Part shown: positions 11,895 through 27,561 of the stretch, piece by piece
How the letters are laid out: each line of letters starts with the position of its first letter
Numbering within the stretch: position 1 is the first letter of the stretch
Assembly: GCA_963693365.1 (NCBI GenBank)
Contig: CAVNZM010000016.1
Span: 1,743,538 to 1,807,537 of the forward strand
Reading direction: 5' to 3'
DNA from: Amoebidium appalachense
Lineage: Eukaryota; Protista; Ichthyosporea
Length of the DNA stretch: 64,000 nt
Program-made: the position numbers and the translations under genes
The notes under the pieces: generated by a model
The model's database searches: none
Seen by the model: only the letters and a program-made list of their open reading frames with translations
What the model was told of the DNA's origin: nothing

Positions 11895-12900
11895 TGTAAA
11901 ATTATATAAGTATTTGGGACGGAAGCAGAGACACAGTGGTGCAGTGTGAAAACACCACAGACACACACAACAACAAAACACGGAACGATCGGAGCAGTGT
12001 ACACAACAGACATCAATGTTTAGACACGACTGAACTCAATTTATTCTGATCTTCGAATAAATACCTGAAATTCCTCTAAGTCTAATCCATACATGATTTC
12101 CGACCAGTCGGAAATCAGATCTATCTCTAATAGAAACCAATCACTAAGAACCAATTGCTTTCAGAGAGATCTGGTACGCGGAGACGTACACGATAGGACA
12201 CAGACACTAGTTAAGATCAACTCGTGTCATCATCAAGGAAGTTCTAACCTATGACACACTGCAAAGACTCAGACATATCACACTTAACCTTGATGATTGG
12301 TTAAAGCCCGGCAACACATGGAAACTAAAGTAAATTAATGAAGTCTAATCACACATGTTATTCTAAGTGTAGCCTAAGTGTGTTACCGTCCAATGAACAC
12401 GTATTAAGTAACACAAATCTACCTAACATATATTAGTAGAAAAGAAATACGATTATACACATGAAGACAAGGAGAGAAAGAAAAGAAAATAAGGAAGGAG
12501 AAAAGAGAAAGGAAAAGAGAGCACAGATCAACAAACAAGATAGTAATAGCATAACTATAACCAGAGATATTTATGTACACACAAACATGTACACGTCTCT
12601 CCCTGAGTGGGTGGATCCGTGTACACACATATAAATATTCTAATCGATATCACAATACACGATTGGAGCCGATACAACACGATTACAAGTATACAAGCAT
12701 ATCGGAGATCGATGCTACACTTTACATAATGGGAGTGTGGCATTTACACTAAGCATATGAACTGAAACATAACACAAACTGAGAAGATCTTACCATATGT
12801 AAATACTACGTATTACAACATCCCCACTTAAGACTTTGAAGTTTGTGTTATCATATCCCCACTGAACTAGTGAAATCTCCCCACTTGAGAACAGAAACGG
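11895..12900 (-). mobile_element. 3' LTR (11895-12820) plus PPT and 3' UTR stub of a sibling Copia-1 element nested into gag
   Basis: Homologous to 6595-7640, including the PPT tccccactta and sequence beyond it. It is therefore a 3' LTR, not the 5' LTR of the left element. It abuts mid-gag sequence. Confidence 0.75.
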
Positions 12901-12974
12901 AAAAAAAAAAAAAATTAAAGTGTGTACTTTTCCCGGGGGGGGGGGGGGGGGGGGGAGAAGGGGGGGGGAGGGAA

Positions 12975-13675
12975 GTCAAATCCATCCGTGATTTCCGACC
13001 AGTCGGAAATCAGATCTGTCTCTAAAAGAAACCAATCACTAAGAACTAATTACTTTCAGAGAGATCCGGTACGCGGATATGTACACGATAGGGCACAGAC
13101 ACCAGCGAAGATCAACTCGTGTCATTATCGAGGAAGTGAGGGAAAGTTCTAATCTATGACACACTGCAAAGACTCAGACATACCACACTTAACCTTGATG
13201 ATTGGTTAAAGCACGGCAACACAAGAAAACTGAAGTAAATTAATGAGAGTCTGATCACACATGTCAACCCAAGTGTAGCCTAAGTGTGTTACCGTCCAAT
13301 TAACACATACTAAATAACAGAAATCTACCTAACATATAAGTAGTAGAAAAGAAATACGATTATACACATGAAAACAAGGAGAGAAAGAAAAGAAAATAAA
13401 GAAGGAGAAAGAGAAAGGAGAAGAGAGCACAGATCAATAAACAAGATAGTTACTGTAATAGTATAACTATAACAGTTACTAGAGATATTTATGTACACAC
13501 GAACATGTACACGTCTCTCCCTGAGTGGGTGGATCCGTGTACACACATCTAAATATTCTAATCGATATTACAATACACGATTAAAGCCGATACAATACGA
13601 TTAGTATACAAGCATATCGGAGATCGATGCTACACTTTACATAATAGGAGTGTGGCATTTATAGACTAAGCATAT
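12975..13675 (-). repeat. Third, partial Copia-1 LTR copy
   Basis: Matches the internal LTR portion (about 6792-7490 and 12080-12757). It is cut at the Ngaro boundary at 13678. Confidence 0.85.
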
Positions 13676-14370
13676 CGTCTATGAAAACTACTCCGGGACG
13701 TGTGTTGCCTCTAGGGGGACATCCCCTTGGACGAAAGTGAACCTGCAATGGTTGTAAACCACGGCAAGCCCCCAGTCATCAATTTATTGATCCGTGAGGT
13801 CCATGTGCCCAAAAAACGGGGGAAGTCTTCGCCCCGTGAAAAAAACAGCACGTATGTGTGGATCAATGGGGGTTGTGTGTGGGTGTAGGTGGGTGGGTGA
13901 AAAGGAATATATAGCTGTAAGGCTGTGGATGCTAAACACAGAAGATGTGTTTGTAGCTTGCTGATCTGCTAAAAACTGTCGTGCTTATATACCTAAGCCT
14001 ACCGATCTGAGCCAATCAAAAATCGATCTAGTGATATGTGAAATCTGATCCGAGCCAATCATAACTCGGTCTAGTGATCTGTGGTATCTGATGTTTTGAC
14101 TGGCTAATAGGTGCCCGTGTGCGGGCAGCCAACCGCTAACTGCTAAAACACGAAATGAAGCCTACATGGTTATGTTGGTATCGAACACCCATCCTACGTG
14201 TTTACCCAGAAAAATATTTATGTCAATAATTTCCACAAATAAAACCTCTATGAAAACTACTCCGGGACGTGTGTTCAAGTTGCCTCTAGGGGGACATCCC
14301 CTTGGACGAAAGTGAACCTGCAATGGTTGTAAACCACGGCACGAGAGCAGTATGCTTGCTCCAAAGGTTT

Positions 14371-14690
14371 CACTTAAGAATAGAGGCGAATACACGTGTG
14401 GTGGTGGCAGCAATGGAGGCCGGACGAAGTCGGGTATAGATCAGGAAGCAGTCGGAGGACCACCTGCCGAGTTGTTTGATCCGGGAGTCGTCGACCCCGG
14501 CCTCAGCCAGTGCTGTGGCCCCCCCGATGCGGAGGCTGTGTCCGGCAAACCGGGAGGGTGAGAGGCCTGCCCAGGAGAGGAGGGCACGGAAATCGGCAGA
14601 GAAAGCACTCTTGGTGTAGGGGATGCCACCGAGACTGAAGAGGGGGTGGGGGGGGGAGGGGGGGTTTTATAAGGAAAAGGGGGGGGGGAA

Positions 14691-14725
<35 letters not shown>

Positions 14726-15384
14726 GGGGGGGGGTGTACATCCGTCTTAGAGGTTGGCAGGTGGAGGGTGGCATGGGACAAAGTACCGGTGGGGGTGTAG
14801 CTGAAGGTCACGTCCTTCCGTTTAACGTGACGGGACGGGTCGAAAGAAGTCAGGGTCTTGGAGGTAAATTCCCCTGAACGGAGGAGACCACAGAAACCGA
14901 CGATGAGGGCCGTCCATAGCCGGAGATTGGCCGAGGAGGCCTTGGTGGGGCACTGGCCATGGAGTAGGCGGAGGTGGGAGGGGAGGAGGGGTTCCCTGGT
15001 GGATGAGCGGGGTCGGATGTTGTGAGAAAGCTGCCATCGGCCCACCCCCCGTAGGAACCAGGCCAGAGACTTGTCGTGGGGGTAGGGAGCAGGGAGGCCC
15101 ATGTCGAGGTGGAGCCTGGTGATGGCCGAATTGTAGCCGGTTAAGGAAGAGGCCTGTACCCCTCGTTGGGCACACCAGGCGAGAAAAAGTTGCACGGTGT
15201 GTGGGGAGGCCGGGAGGGAGGACCCGGAGGAGGATTGCAGCCGAGATGCCACACAGAAATCGATGAACACTTTTTGCACCCGGGAGTAAAAGGCCCGAGA
15301 GTCGAGGTTGAGACTCAGGGCCTGGCATTCCTGCAGGGTAGTGGTGGCTCGAAGCAGCTCGGTTGGAGCAAAGTGGGGGGCCAA
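14371..15384 (-). CDS. Tyrosine recombinase, copy A (sequence garbled at ~14640-14735)
   Basis: LLRSGEF and SKTD are present. The C-terminal HSLR and GRW region matches copy B beyond a G-rich garbled patch. Confidence 0.8.
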
Positions 15385-15437
15385 TCTGCCAGTGTTGCTC
15401 TGGAACGGGAGATCTGGGGGGGGGGGGGGGGGGGGGG

Positions 15438-17120
15438 TTAGCCCAAGGGAAGGGATAGGAACTCGTGGACCCAGGAGGGGAAGGGGCAGGGCTCCGGTTG
15501 CAGGGAAGGTCGGAGTCGTCGGGCCCGGGGAAGTTGGTTACGAGAAATGGCATCGGCCAGATGGTTGAGGGGTCCTGGTAGGTAGGATGCCTGTAACGTA
15601 AATTGGTATTGCATTTCCATGCGGGTGATGAACCGAATAAGTTTGGCCATCACGGGGTGGGGGGAAGACCGGGAGTGCAGGTCAGACACAGCACCCGTGT
15701 TGTCGCATAAAATACGGACATGGTGGGTGGACCAGGAGGGGGCCCAGAGGGCCACGGCGGCTGCGATGGCCAGGAGTTCGATGACGGAAGAACCGAGTTT
15801 ACCCTCATGAGCATAGAGGGCTTGGGTGGAGGGGGACCAGGGCATGAAGAACCATTGGTCGAGCCAGTGGCCTCCTAGACCCACCGATCCGGCAGCATCA
15901 GTGGCCAGGGTGGTGTATGTGGGGGGTGTGATGAGGTGCACCCCATTCCATGATGTGAGGAACTGGTGCCATTCGGCTATGTCGGCCCGGGCGGCAGCAG
16001 TCAGTCGTATGTGGTGGTGGCCGGCAAGGTGTGGGTGGGTCCGGAGAAGGGCCCATAGGCGCTGGGAGAAGGCCCTCCCGGGGGGAACCAGCTGGGCACA
16101 CCAGGTGAGTTTGCCGAGGAGGGACTGGAGGTCCCGAATGGTGATGGTGGGCTTTGGGTGGGAAGTGAGGTCGAGTAGGTCCGAGAGCTTGGAAGCCGGG
16201 ATTCGTGCCTCCATGGTGATGGAGTCGAATTCGATACCGATGAAGACGACACGGGTAGCCGGGCCCTGCATCTTGTCTTCGGAGATGGCAATGTGCAGCT
16301 CTCGGCAGAGTTGCAGGAAGGTGGATAGGTGACGTTGGCACTGCTCTTGTGTGGGGGCGACTATAATCCAGTCGTCTACGTAGTGGCGGATGAGGGTATT
16401 ACCGTGCTGGTGTGCCAGCCACTGTAGGGTGGCCGCGATCCGTTCCCAGATGGCTGGGCTAGATTTCAGGCCGAAGGGCAGTCTGGTTTCAACGTAAAAA
16501 TGCCCTTGCCATTTGAATGCCATTAAGTGGTGGTCTTCCGGTCGGATGGGCATGTGCCGGAAGGCAGCCTGCACATCTGCCACGGCCATGTAGCAGCCGG
16601 GGCCTGCGTCGAGAATGAGTTGGGTGACATCCCGGGCGCGAATGTACTGAAGTTCGTCGGGGTAGGTGATGCTGTCATTGACACTGCTACCCCGGGGCCA
16701 GGAGAGGTGGTGGATTCGACGGTACTTGGGGGGGTTCCCTTTCTTGGTAACGGCGCCGATGGGGGAGGAACGGTGGACCGGAAATTCGTCAAAGAATTGG
16801 GCCGGGGAGAGGGGGCCGCGCAGGTGGCCGAGGGCGACTTCTTTGGCAATATCCACCGTGATAGCGGCAGCTGCCTCCGGGGTGGTGGGTAGGTTGGGGC
16901 CCACCCGAGAGGTGGAGGGGCCGCGATAGCCGATGTCGACGCCGAATTCGACATCGTGGAGGAGTTGTGCGGCGAATGGTTGGTCCGGGTAGGAGGCCAG
17001 CAGTTCCCGGAGGCGGGAGGTGTCAATGTGGTGCTGGGGCAGCGGGCGGGCCTCCGGGTCTGAGCCTCGGGGGAAGGGGTGGTTAGCAAGGGTGGTGTAC
17101 CCTTGGGGAGATCCCGGCAG

Positions 17121-17182
<62 letters not shown>

Positions 17183-17297
17183 CAGGGCCCCGGGGGGTTA
17201 GAGTAGGGCAGCTGGGCCCAAGTGAGGGTTGGCAGGGAGGGCAGCGGGGCCCTGTGCAGGGGAATGTGCCCGAGCACGCGGGGGTGTGGGCGGACAC
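15438..17297 (-). CDS. Ngaro RT-RNase H, copy A (true start uncertain)
   Basis: RT motifs ADVQAAFR, LPFGLKSSP and YVDD. RNase H motifs TDAAG, IELLA, CDN and ADAISR. Confidence 0.93.
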
Positions 17298-17575
17298 AGA
17301 GGTAGAAGAAGGGGGGGGGGAGGGAGTGCTAGGTGAGTGTAAGGGGGGGGGGAGGCTCGTGGGATGGGGGGGGGAGTAAAATTATGTGCAGTGGCCAGAA
17401 TAAACGTCTTTGTGTAGGGACATTTATTCTTGACGCGCGCGGGCGCCGTAGTTGGCCTGCGAAATTTTGTACTCAGCCCTATTGGCCCGTTCTCCCGAGC
17501 TCCGTTTCCCTGTACTCGTGTGTCCTAGCTCCTAACCCCTATGTTCTGAGCTGTGTGTGTGGGTGTGCGCGTAGA

Positions 17576-18745
17576 CTAGGCATTGTGCTTGCAGTCTTTG
17601 CGGGGGTGTGTGCCAGAGCAGAGCGGGCACACGTGGGAGAAGGGGCAGGGCTGCTTAGCGCAGGACCGACCGTTAATGTGGAAATTCCTGCAGTGCGTCG
17701 CGGGTAGATCCACGGGTCGGGCCGGTTTTGCCGGGCCGGGTTGCGGGCCAGGGCGGTTAGGGGTTTGACCCCCGCCGGGCTTGTGGGGCGGCTTAAAGCC
17801 GTCAAGACCACAGCCGGGCTTGGGGTACATGGGGCAGGCCGCGCTGGGGTGGTCGGGGAAGCCACAGCGCTGACATGCGTCCGGGATGAGCAGAGTGGGT
17901 GGCAGGAGGAGATCCTGGTGGAGTTGGGCGAGCAGGTTGGGACACTCGATCGGAGCCCGACCCTGCTGGTGGGCAACGGTGCGGGCGTATACGTCATAGT
18001 TGTGGATCTGGGCCCACGGGTATCGGGTGCTGAGGCGAGTGATGTGCTGAGTCCAAAGTACGTCTTTGTCCGTGGGGAGGCCGAGGTGGTGCTTGGCGGC
18101 CATGTAATGGGTCCAAGCTTGGATCCAAATGACGAGTGAACGCAGGGGAACGGGTTTGTCTTGGCGAAAAGTCTCGATGCTGCCGTCGTCGGCCATGCGC
18201 AGATGCTGACCTTTCTTGGATGGGGCCAGGAGGGCGGCGGGGGTGAACTTATACAGGTCGACGAAACGATTGGCGCGCAAATCTGCCAGCACATCCGCGG
18301 GGGGAAGCGGGAGTGTGCCCGGCTGAATGTCGCCAGTGTTCTCACCTGTGATGGGGGGCGCGGGCAGGGCAGGTAGGTCTAGGTCAGGGCCGAGATGCAG
18401 CCCCGGGGAAACCTCCCCGGGTGTGGAGGGCGCGGCGGGGGGCGCGGGAGGGTCGCGGTTGGTGAGAGCAGCCAGGACGCCAGCCATCTGGGTGCTGATG
18501 GCGGTGAGGGCGGCCAGGACGGCGTCTTGAGAAGTCATCTGCGGGGACGGCGGGGCCTGAGGGGGGACTTCAGGAGTGGAGGGGAGAGTAGCCGGCGGGT
18601 CCGGGTCCGTGGTGGTATGGGCCGCTGGAGGCGCGTCAGTGTCCGCGGGAGCGTTGGTCAGCCTGTGGCGGAGGTCGCTGCGGGTCAGGCGCTTAGGTGC
18701 CGCGGCAGGGGCGGCGGCTGAGGCCTGGCGCTTTTTCGGCGGCAT
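17576..18745 (-). CDS. Ngaro ORF1 gag-like protein with zinc fingers, copy A
   Basis: ATG start MPPKKR. CX2CX4HX4C knuckle (CQRCGFPDHPSAAC), CCCH finger (CRNFH..C..C..H) and CPLCSGTH..C. Confidence 0.88.
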   Translation of the reverse strand: MPPKKRQASAAAPAAAPKRLTRSDLRHRLTNAPADTDAPPAAHTTTDPDPPATLPSTPEVPPQAPPSPQMTSQDAVLAALTAISTQMAGVLAALTNRDPPAPPAAPSTPGEVSPGLHLGPDLDLPALPAPPITGENTGDIQPGTLPLPPADVLADLRANRFVDLYKFTPAALLAPSKKGQHLRMADDGSIETFRQDKPVPLRSLVIWIQAWTHYMAAKHHLGLPTDKDVLWTQHITRLSTRYPWAQIHNYDVYARTVAHQQGRAPIECPNLLAQLHQDLLLPPTLLIPDACQRCGFPDHPSAACPMYPKPGCGLDGFKPPHKPGGGQTPNRPGPQPGPAKPARPVDLPATHCRNFHINGRSCAKQPCPFSHVCPLCSGTHPRKDCKHNA

Positions 18746-20036
18746 GCTGACCGGCGTAGGGAAAGATAGGGAGAATGAAAAGGAATATATAGCTGTAAGG
18801 CTGTGGATGCTAAACACAGAAGATGTGTTTGTAGCTTGCTGATCTGCTAAAAACTGTCGTGCTTATATACCTAAGCCTACCGATCTGAGCCAATCAAAAA
18901 TCGATCTAGTGATATGTGAAATCTGATCCGAGCCAATCATAACTCGGTCTAGTGATCTGTGGTATCTGATGTTTTGACTGGCTAATAGGTGCCCGTGTGC
19001 GGGCAGCCAACCGCTAACTGCTAAAACACGAAATGAAGCCTACATGGTTATGTTGGTATCGAACACCCATCCTACGTGTTTACCCAGAAAAATATTTATG
19101 TCAATAATTTCCACAAATAAAACCACCGCGGCCCCCTCGTAGTACACAAAAAAGAATAATTATATGCCCCCCGCCCGCGTCACCACCCCCTTAAAACACT
19201 TCTCCCCCCCCCCCCACGAATTATGTCTCCTCCCCCCTGTTCCTTTGCGATATCTAAGGCACAAGTGGTATTGGCAATGTCACGAATACATCTATAATAC
19301 TGTCACCAATACGGACACAGCTAAGGACACCATATATTGGTTATAGTCTCAGTATATACTGCCAGTATGTTCGAATGCGAACAAATCATTACGTAGGAGG
19401 TACTATCAATATACTACCAGTACCTGTACGATATACACACGTCATATACAATACATTTGCAGTATAATATGGGTGCATTTCCGTACCAAGATTGAGAAGG
19501 GCAACGGCCATAACAAGTGGTCCTCACGTTTTTAGCACCTCAAAATATAAAAGTTCTTTGTTTTGAATACTGTTCCTGGGGAAGATGTTCCCGTGGTCCG
19601 TGGTACAAACGTCACCGAACGTCCTACCATTAAACCTTTCACCAGCCTACATCCTGTGTAAGCGGTAGGGTATAAAACTTGAAGTAGCATAAAGGATAAT
19701 ACAGGAAAGTAATGACAACCCCCCCCCCCCCCCCCGCCCCCCCCCCCCCCCCCCCCCAACCCAACCCAACCCTAAAAAAAATATAAAAAAAACCTGGAGG
19801 AATAGAGTAAAAATTCTGAAATGCAAATCTAAGAGAACTCGCAGTCCCTACACACGTCCCCGAGACGCATCAAAGTTTACAGCATCCCCCCCTCCTCCCC
19901 CTCCATTTTGTTTTAGTCCTATGTCTTTATGCCCCCTTGTTACTTGCAATACTTTTCTTTCTTCGAAACATCCCTCACTCCCCTCACCCCCTTCCCCCCC
20001 AAACCCATCACCACGGACGCTGCCAGTGTAACCACT

Positions 20037-22450
<2,414 letters not shown>

Positions 22451-22807
22451 ATAACCCTCTCTTCTCTTATGTAGTATCGTAGGAACGCTTGACAAAGGTA
22501 CTACACGGGTGTTGGTTGGATGATGACAGTACATGTACCAGTGGGATAGATGCTCTTTACTCCAGGCAATGTACCAGTGTGTCGATTGATTTAGCTAATA
22601 TTAGATCTATGTTTAGCTGTGTGTTGTTTTTTCTCCTTTTTGTATTTAAGGCCTGGCCGGCCTCATAAAATGCTATTTAATCTTACTCGAGATCGAGCTT
22701 TTTTGGCCTTGAAGGCCGATCTTAATAAAGTACTGTGAATGTGTCCCCTGATGAGGGACTCTAGTCGATATATCTGCAAAACGACCCCCCCCCCCCCCCC
22801 CCCCCTT

Positions 22808-22852
<45 letters not shown>

Positions 22853-23097
22853 AAAACAAACAAAAAAGAAAGAAAAAAAGAGCGAGAGAATCCTTGTTTC
22901 TCGTATGTTACCAGCACGTAAGCAAGTATTTTATTCATTCACAATACATTGTTAGGTATGTGTAGTATATTATGGTGTTATTATTTTTTGGTTTACAATA
23001 TGGTGTCCACATTCCCAATATATCGTTATTGTCGACCAACTACTATGGTAGTGTAATGCTATGATGACAATTTGTGCATGCGTTACTTATAAGCATC

Positions 23098-23690
23098 GGG
23101 TTTTTTCACTAACTACCCACAGAGTAGCTTCTAGCACGATAAATTCACCACAAATTATAAGGGGAGATGGTGAATGTGCCCTTGGAGTACGAGGGCCACA
23201 CGAAAAAAACACAACGTTGTAGCTCGAATAGAACCCCCCTTGTAGCATAGTATATGTACATGTGTTACTTACACATTATTGGTTTTTTCAATAACTACCC
23301 ACAGAACAGCTTCTAGCACGAGACATTTACCACACAGTTTATGGGGGGGATGGTGAATGTGCCCCTGGAGTACGAGGGTCACACGAAAAAAACACAACGT
23401 TGTAGCTCGAATAGAACCCCCCTTGTAGCATAATATATGTACATGTGTTACCTAGACATTATTGGTTTTTTCAATAACTACCCACAGAACAGCTTCTAGC
23501 ACGAGACATTTACCACACAGTTTATGGGGGGGATGGTGAATGTGCCCCTGGAGTACGAGGGTCACACAAAAAAAACACAACGTTGTAGCTCGAATAGAAC
23601 CCCCCTTGTAGCTGATAATATATGTACATGTGTTACTTACACATTATTGGTTTTTTCGATAACTACCCACAGAACAGCTTCTAGCACGAG
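23098..23690. repeat. Tandem repeat, ~183-bp unit, about 3.2 copies
   Basis: aactacccacaga recurs at about 23111, 23293, 23476 and 23661. Confidence 0.92.
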
Positions 23691-23882
23691 AATGGGGGGG
23701 GGGGGCACCTGTGACACCACCTCGGAAGACTGGGGTCACATGTGTGGTGCACACGGTGGGTAAATATCATCAAACTGTAGCTGCAAAAGAATGTGCAATT
23801 ATGCATCACTGTCTGGTATTTGCCTATCCCCCCCCCCCCCCCCCCCCCCCCCCCCCGCCCCCGCCCCCCCCCCCCCCCCACC

Positions 23883-23919
<37 letters not shown>

Positions 23920-24534
23920 ACCCCAGGCCGCCTCTCCACACCACACACACACGCACCACACACACACACACTGCTGCAGAGCTACATGGATGCCTTCACC
24001 ATCACGCGTGACGATATTTAATTAGTATTGGTGATATTGCACCAATACGTAACGTATATTGGTAATAGATAGTACATAGAATATATATATCACACGAATA
24101 TAAATAATACGAGAGCCATATGGGGACCCCTTCCTGAATCGCACGCACGCGTGTATACGTCGCGTTGAAGATGTACTCCATCAACCAACTATTAACATAA
24201 CAACGAGTACACAGGCCTGCCCGGGTGTACATACACGTCTGGGTGTTCACATCTTCCCCCACACATGACCTTTCTACGTAAAGCGGGGATAGGCCTCGAG
24301 TAAACAGCGTTAACGTTATAACTTAAGCTCCGTCGGAACGTATGGCAACGGTGTCCGAAATATGTCCACCATATCGCCAACCTCACCGATCCGCCGAGAA
24401 TCGATCCAATCACATTATGTACACCATGGGAATCCGCTTCTGATAGCAAATAGTGATTGGCTAAACCCAATCCGGTTTGCAATTTTTTGTCCGTTTAAGC
24501 CTGTACGCACGTTGTTTGCTCCATTTCTCTTCCC

Positions 24535-24655
24535 CCTTCCCGCAGGTCCGCAGGTGCTTTCCCGCAGGTCGCCTGGTCGCAGGTCCCTTCCCGCAGGTCG
24601 CCTGGTCGCAGTTCCCTTCCCGCAGGTCGCCTGGTCACAGGTCCCATCCGCAGGT
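24535..24655. repeat. Minisatellite, ~29-bp unit (cccgcaggtcgcctggtcgcaggtccctt), about 3-4 copies
   Basis: Directly visible. Confidence 0.85.
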
Positions 24656-25896
24656 CGCGCAGCCACCGTGCTGAATGGTTTCGACCATGCTGCATGCTGC
24701 AGCATCTTCGCCTACCAGCTGAATGGCCGTTTGAAGGTTAGTTTTGTGTTGCCTGCTTTTGTGCATGTGGCGTTTGTCTGTCTGGTCTGTGTCCGTGCCT
24801 GTGAATATGTCTGTGTCTGTGTCTGTGTCTGTGTGCGTGTGTGTGTATGTGTGTGCGTGCGTGTGTGTGTGCCTGCTGGCTGCAGATGCACGTTGCCTTT
24901 TCACGTTCATGAACCAGCGACTGTGGGCACTACTTTTGCTGTTAGCACTATAGCTATCATCCCCTCCACCAGTCGTTCAAGCTATTTTCTGCTTCTCTAG
25001 ACTTCATAAGTTCTGGTCCGGGTTTCCGTCCTTACTATGTTTGAGGTTGGTTCTGTCGACTCTTTTTTTGCCCTCCGCAGGTCGCGCAGCCACCGTGCTG
25101 AATGGTTTCGACCATGCTGCATGCTGCAGCTTCTTCGCCTAACGGCTGAAAGGCCGTTTGAAGGTTAGTTTTGTGTTGCCTGCTTTTGTGCATGTGGCGT
25201 TTGTCTGTCTGGTCTGTGTCCGTGCCTGTGAATATGTCTGTGTCTGTGTCTGTGTCTGTGTGCGTGTGTGTGTATGTGTGTGCGTGCGTGTGCGTGTGCC
25301 TGCTGGCTGCAGATGCACGTTGCCTTTTCACGTTCATGAACCAGCGACTGTGGGCACTACTTTTGCTGTTAGCACTATAGCTATCATCCCCTCCCCCAGT
25401 CGTTCAAGCTATTTTCTGCTTCTCTAGACTTCATAAGTTCTGGTCCGGGTTTCCGTCCTTACTAAGTTTGAGGTTGGTTCTGTCGACTCTTTTTTTGCCC
25501 TCCGCAGGTCGCGCAGCCACCGTGCTGAATGGTTTCGACCATGCTGCATGCTGCAGCTTCTTCGCCTAACGGCTGAAAGGCCGTTTGAAGGTTAGTTTTG
25601 TGTTGCCTGCTTTTGTGCATGTGGCGTTTGTCTGTCTGGTCTGTGTCTGTGTCTGTGTGCGTGTGTGTGTATGTGTGTGTGTGTGTGTGCGTGTGCCTGC
25701 TGGCTGCAGATGCACGTTGCCTTTTCACGTTCATGAACCAGCGACTGTGGGCACTACTTTTGCTGTTAGCACTATAGCTATCATCCCCTCCACCAGTCGT
25801 TCAAGCTATTTTCTGCTTCTCTAGACTTCATAAGTTCTGGTCCGGGTTTCCGTCCTTACTATGTTTGAGGTTTGTTCTGTCGACTCTTTTTTTGCC
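24648..25896. repeat. Tandem repeat, 427-bp unit x3 (third unit shortened in its microsatellite)
   Basis: ccgcaggtcgcgcagccaccgtgctg occurs at 24648, 25075 and 25502. Confidence 0.93.
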
Positions 25897-27299
25897 ACTC
25901 TAGAGGTGGGTACCGGATCTTTGTCCTATGGCTGCTGTTGTTTCCGTTTTTCGTTTCTGTGTTGCCCCAGCCCAGCCTGTTGTGCTTGTGTGGTAGTTTT
26001 CTTTTTCTTTTTTCTTCTTTTTTCTTCTTTTTTTGTCATGATTCTTTTTGGTATTTTTTGTTTGCATAAGAGTAATGTTGATACGAGATGCGAGATAAAA
26101 AGATAGTAGAGAATGGATGCCACCTGGGGTGGTATGTTAGTTGTGTTGTTAACTTGTGTGCTGTAGGATGCCACCTGGGGTGGTATATTAGTTGTGTTGT
26201 TTACTTGTGTGCTTGATGCCACTATCCAACCGAAGTTAATAAAGTGACCATACGGAACACGTATGGATGTCGACATGGTGCAATACATTGGCAATTCATT
26301 GACAATGATCATGGGGCTGTGCTTACCGTACCGTGTGCATATTGCCAATATATTGAGCATGTGATTGAGGTATCAATAAAGTTATTATTAATACATTGGC
26401 AATGTTGGTCCGATATGCCTTTCATATTATAAGCGCAATTATACTGTACTTTGCATGCATTCGTTCCCATTATCAATTTATTGGCAATGTATTTGGATAA
26501 TATAGTGTGATATTTATAATATATATGCAATGCATTATCAACACTTATATCTTTATGGTGGTGGTATCATTCGTATGTTGGCTATATATGCTTGATATGG
26601 AACATACTTACATATTCCTTATTTGTAATGTGTTGGGAGTGTATTAATCATACCTCTGTTTATGTCTATCAATATACTCTCGATATATAAGCAACCTATC
26701 GGCGATACCGCATTTATATATTGATTATAGTTGGATCATATGTTGGCAATACATTGTTTATATGTTTCTTGATATTTAAATCTTTGTATTTCTATGAATT
26801 ACATATTGGCAATACATTAATAATGCGTTCATAGTGCAACTACAATGCGAAAATACAGTATTATCCACATCATTATCTGTATTTTTGATATTATTTGTTG
26901 TTATTGTAATATCGCCCGGGTATAATTGATATTGGCAATACGTCTATAATGCTAGCGCAATAGTAATGCAATGGTAATGTAAGGCACCTCATATTGGCGA
27001 TATTGATGTAACATATACTAGATAATATATTCATATCAGGGAATCGAAATAGAGGTATGGTACTACCATGACAATACCAAAGCAATATATTGCAAATGGC
27101 GTCATGGGCAGGGTAGCCAATATCGCCAATAGCCCAGCAAAAATACGTGCAAACTCCGGGACACCAGACCCCTGACAGCGACCTGACCAGGTGGAAGCAT
27201 GGGTCGATTCTGGTACCCGCACTCTTCCTCACCCGATACACCCGTCCAAGATATATTGGCCATCGGCTCGATGTACACGAAGATATCAACTGACAATTA

Positions 27300-27561
<262 letters not shown>

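Larger units (their letters stand above)
13678..19124 (-). mobile_element. Ngaro-type tyrosine-recombinase (DIRS order) retrotransposon, copy A
   Basis: Split direct repeats: A1 (18776-19124), ORFs, B1, A2, spacer, B2 (ending 13678). Encodes gag, RT/RH and YR. No methyltransferase domain seen and no TSD. Confidence 0.93.

Noticed and set aside
11895-12820. 5' LTR of Copia-1
   Set aside because: It carries a PPT and 3' UTR, and has no PBS or gag start next to it.
13695-13760. Hammerhead ribozyme in Ngaro repeat B (ggacgaaa)
   Set aside because: There is no CUGANGA core in the required position.
19755-19775. Telomere-like ccaac/ccctaa repeats
   Set aside because: Only a few degenerate units beside a homopolymer.
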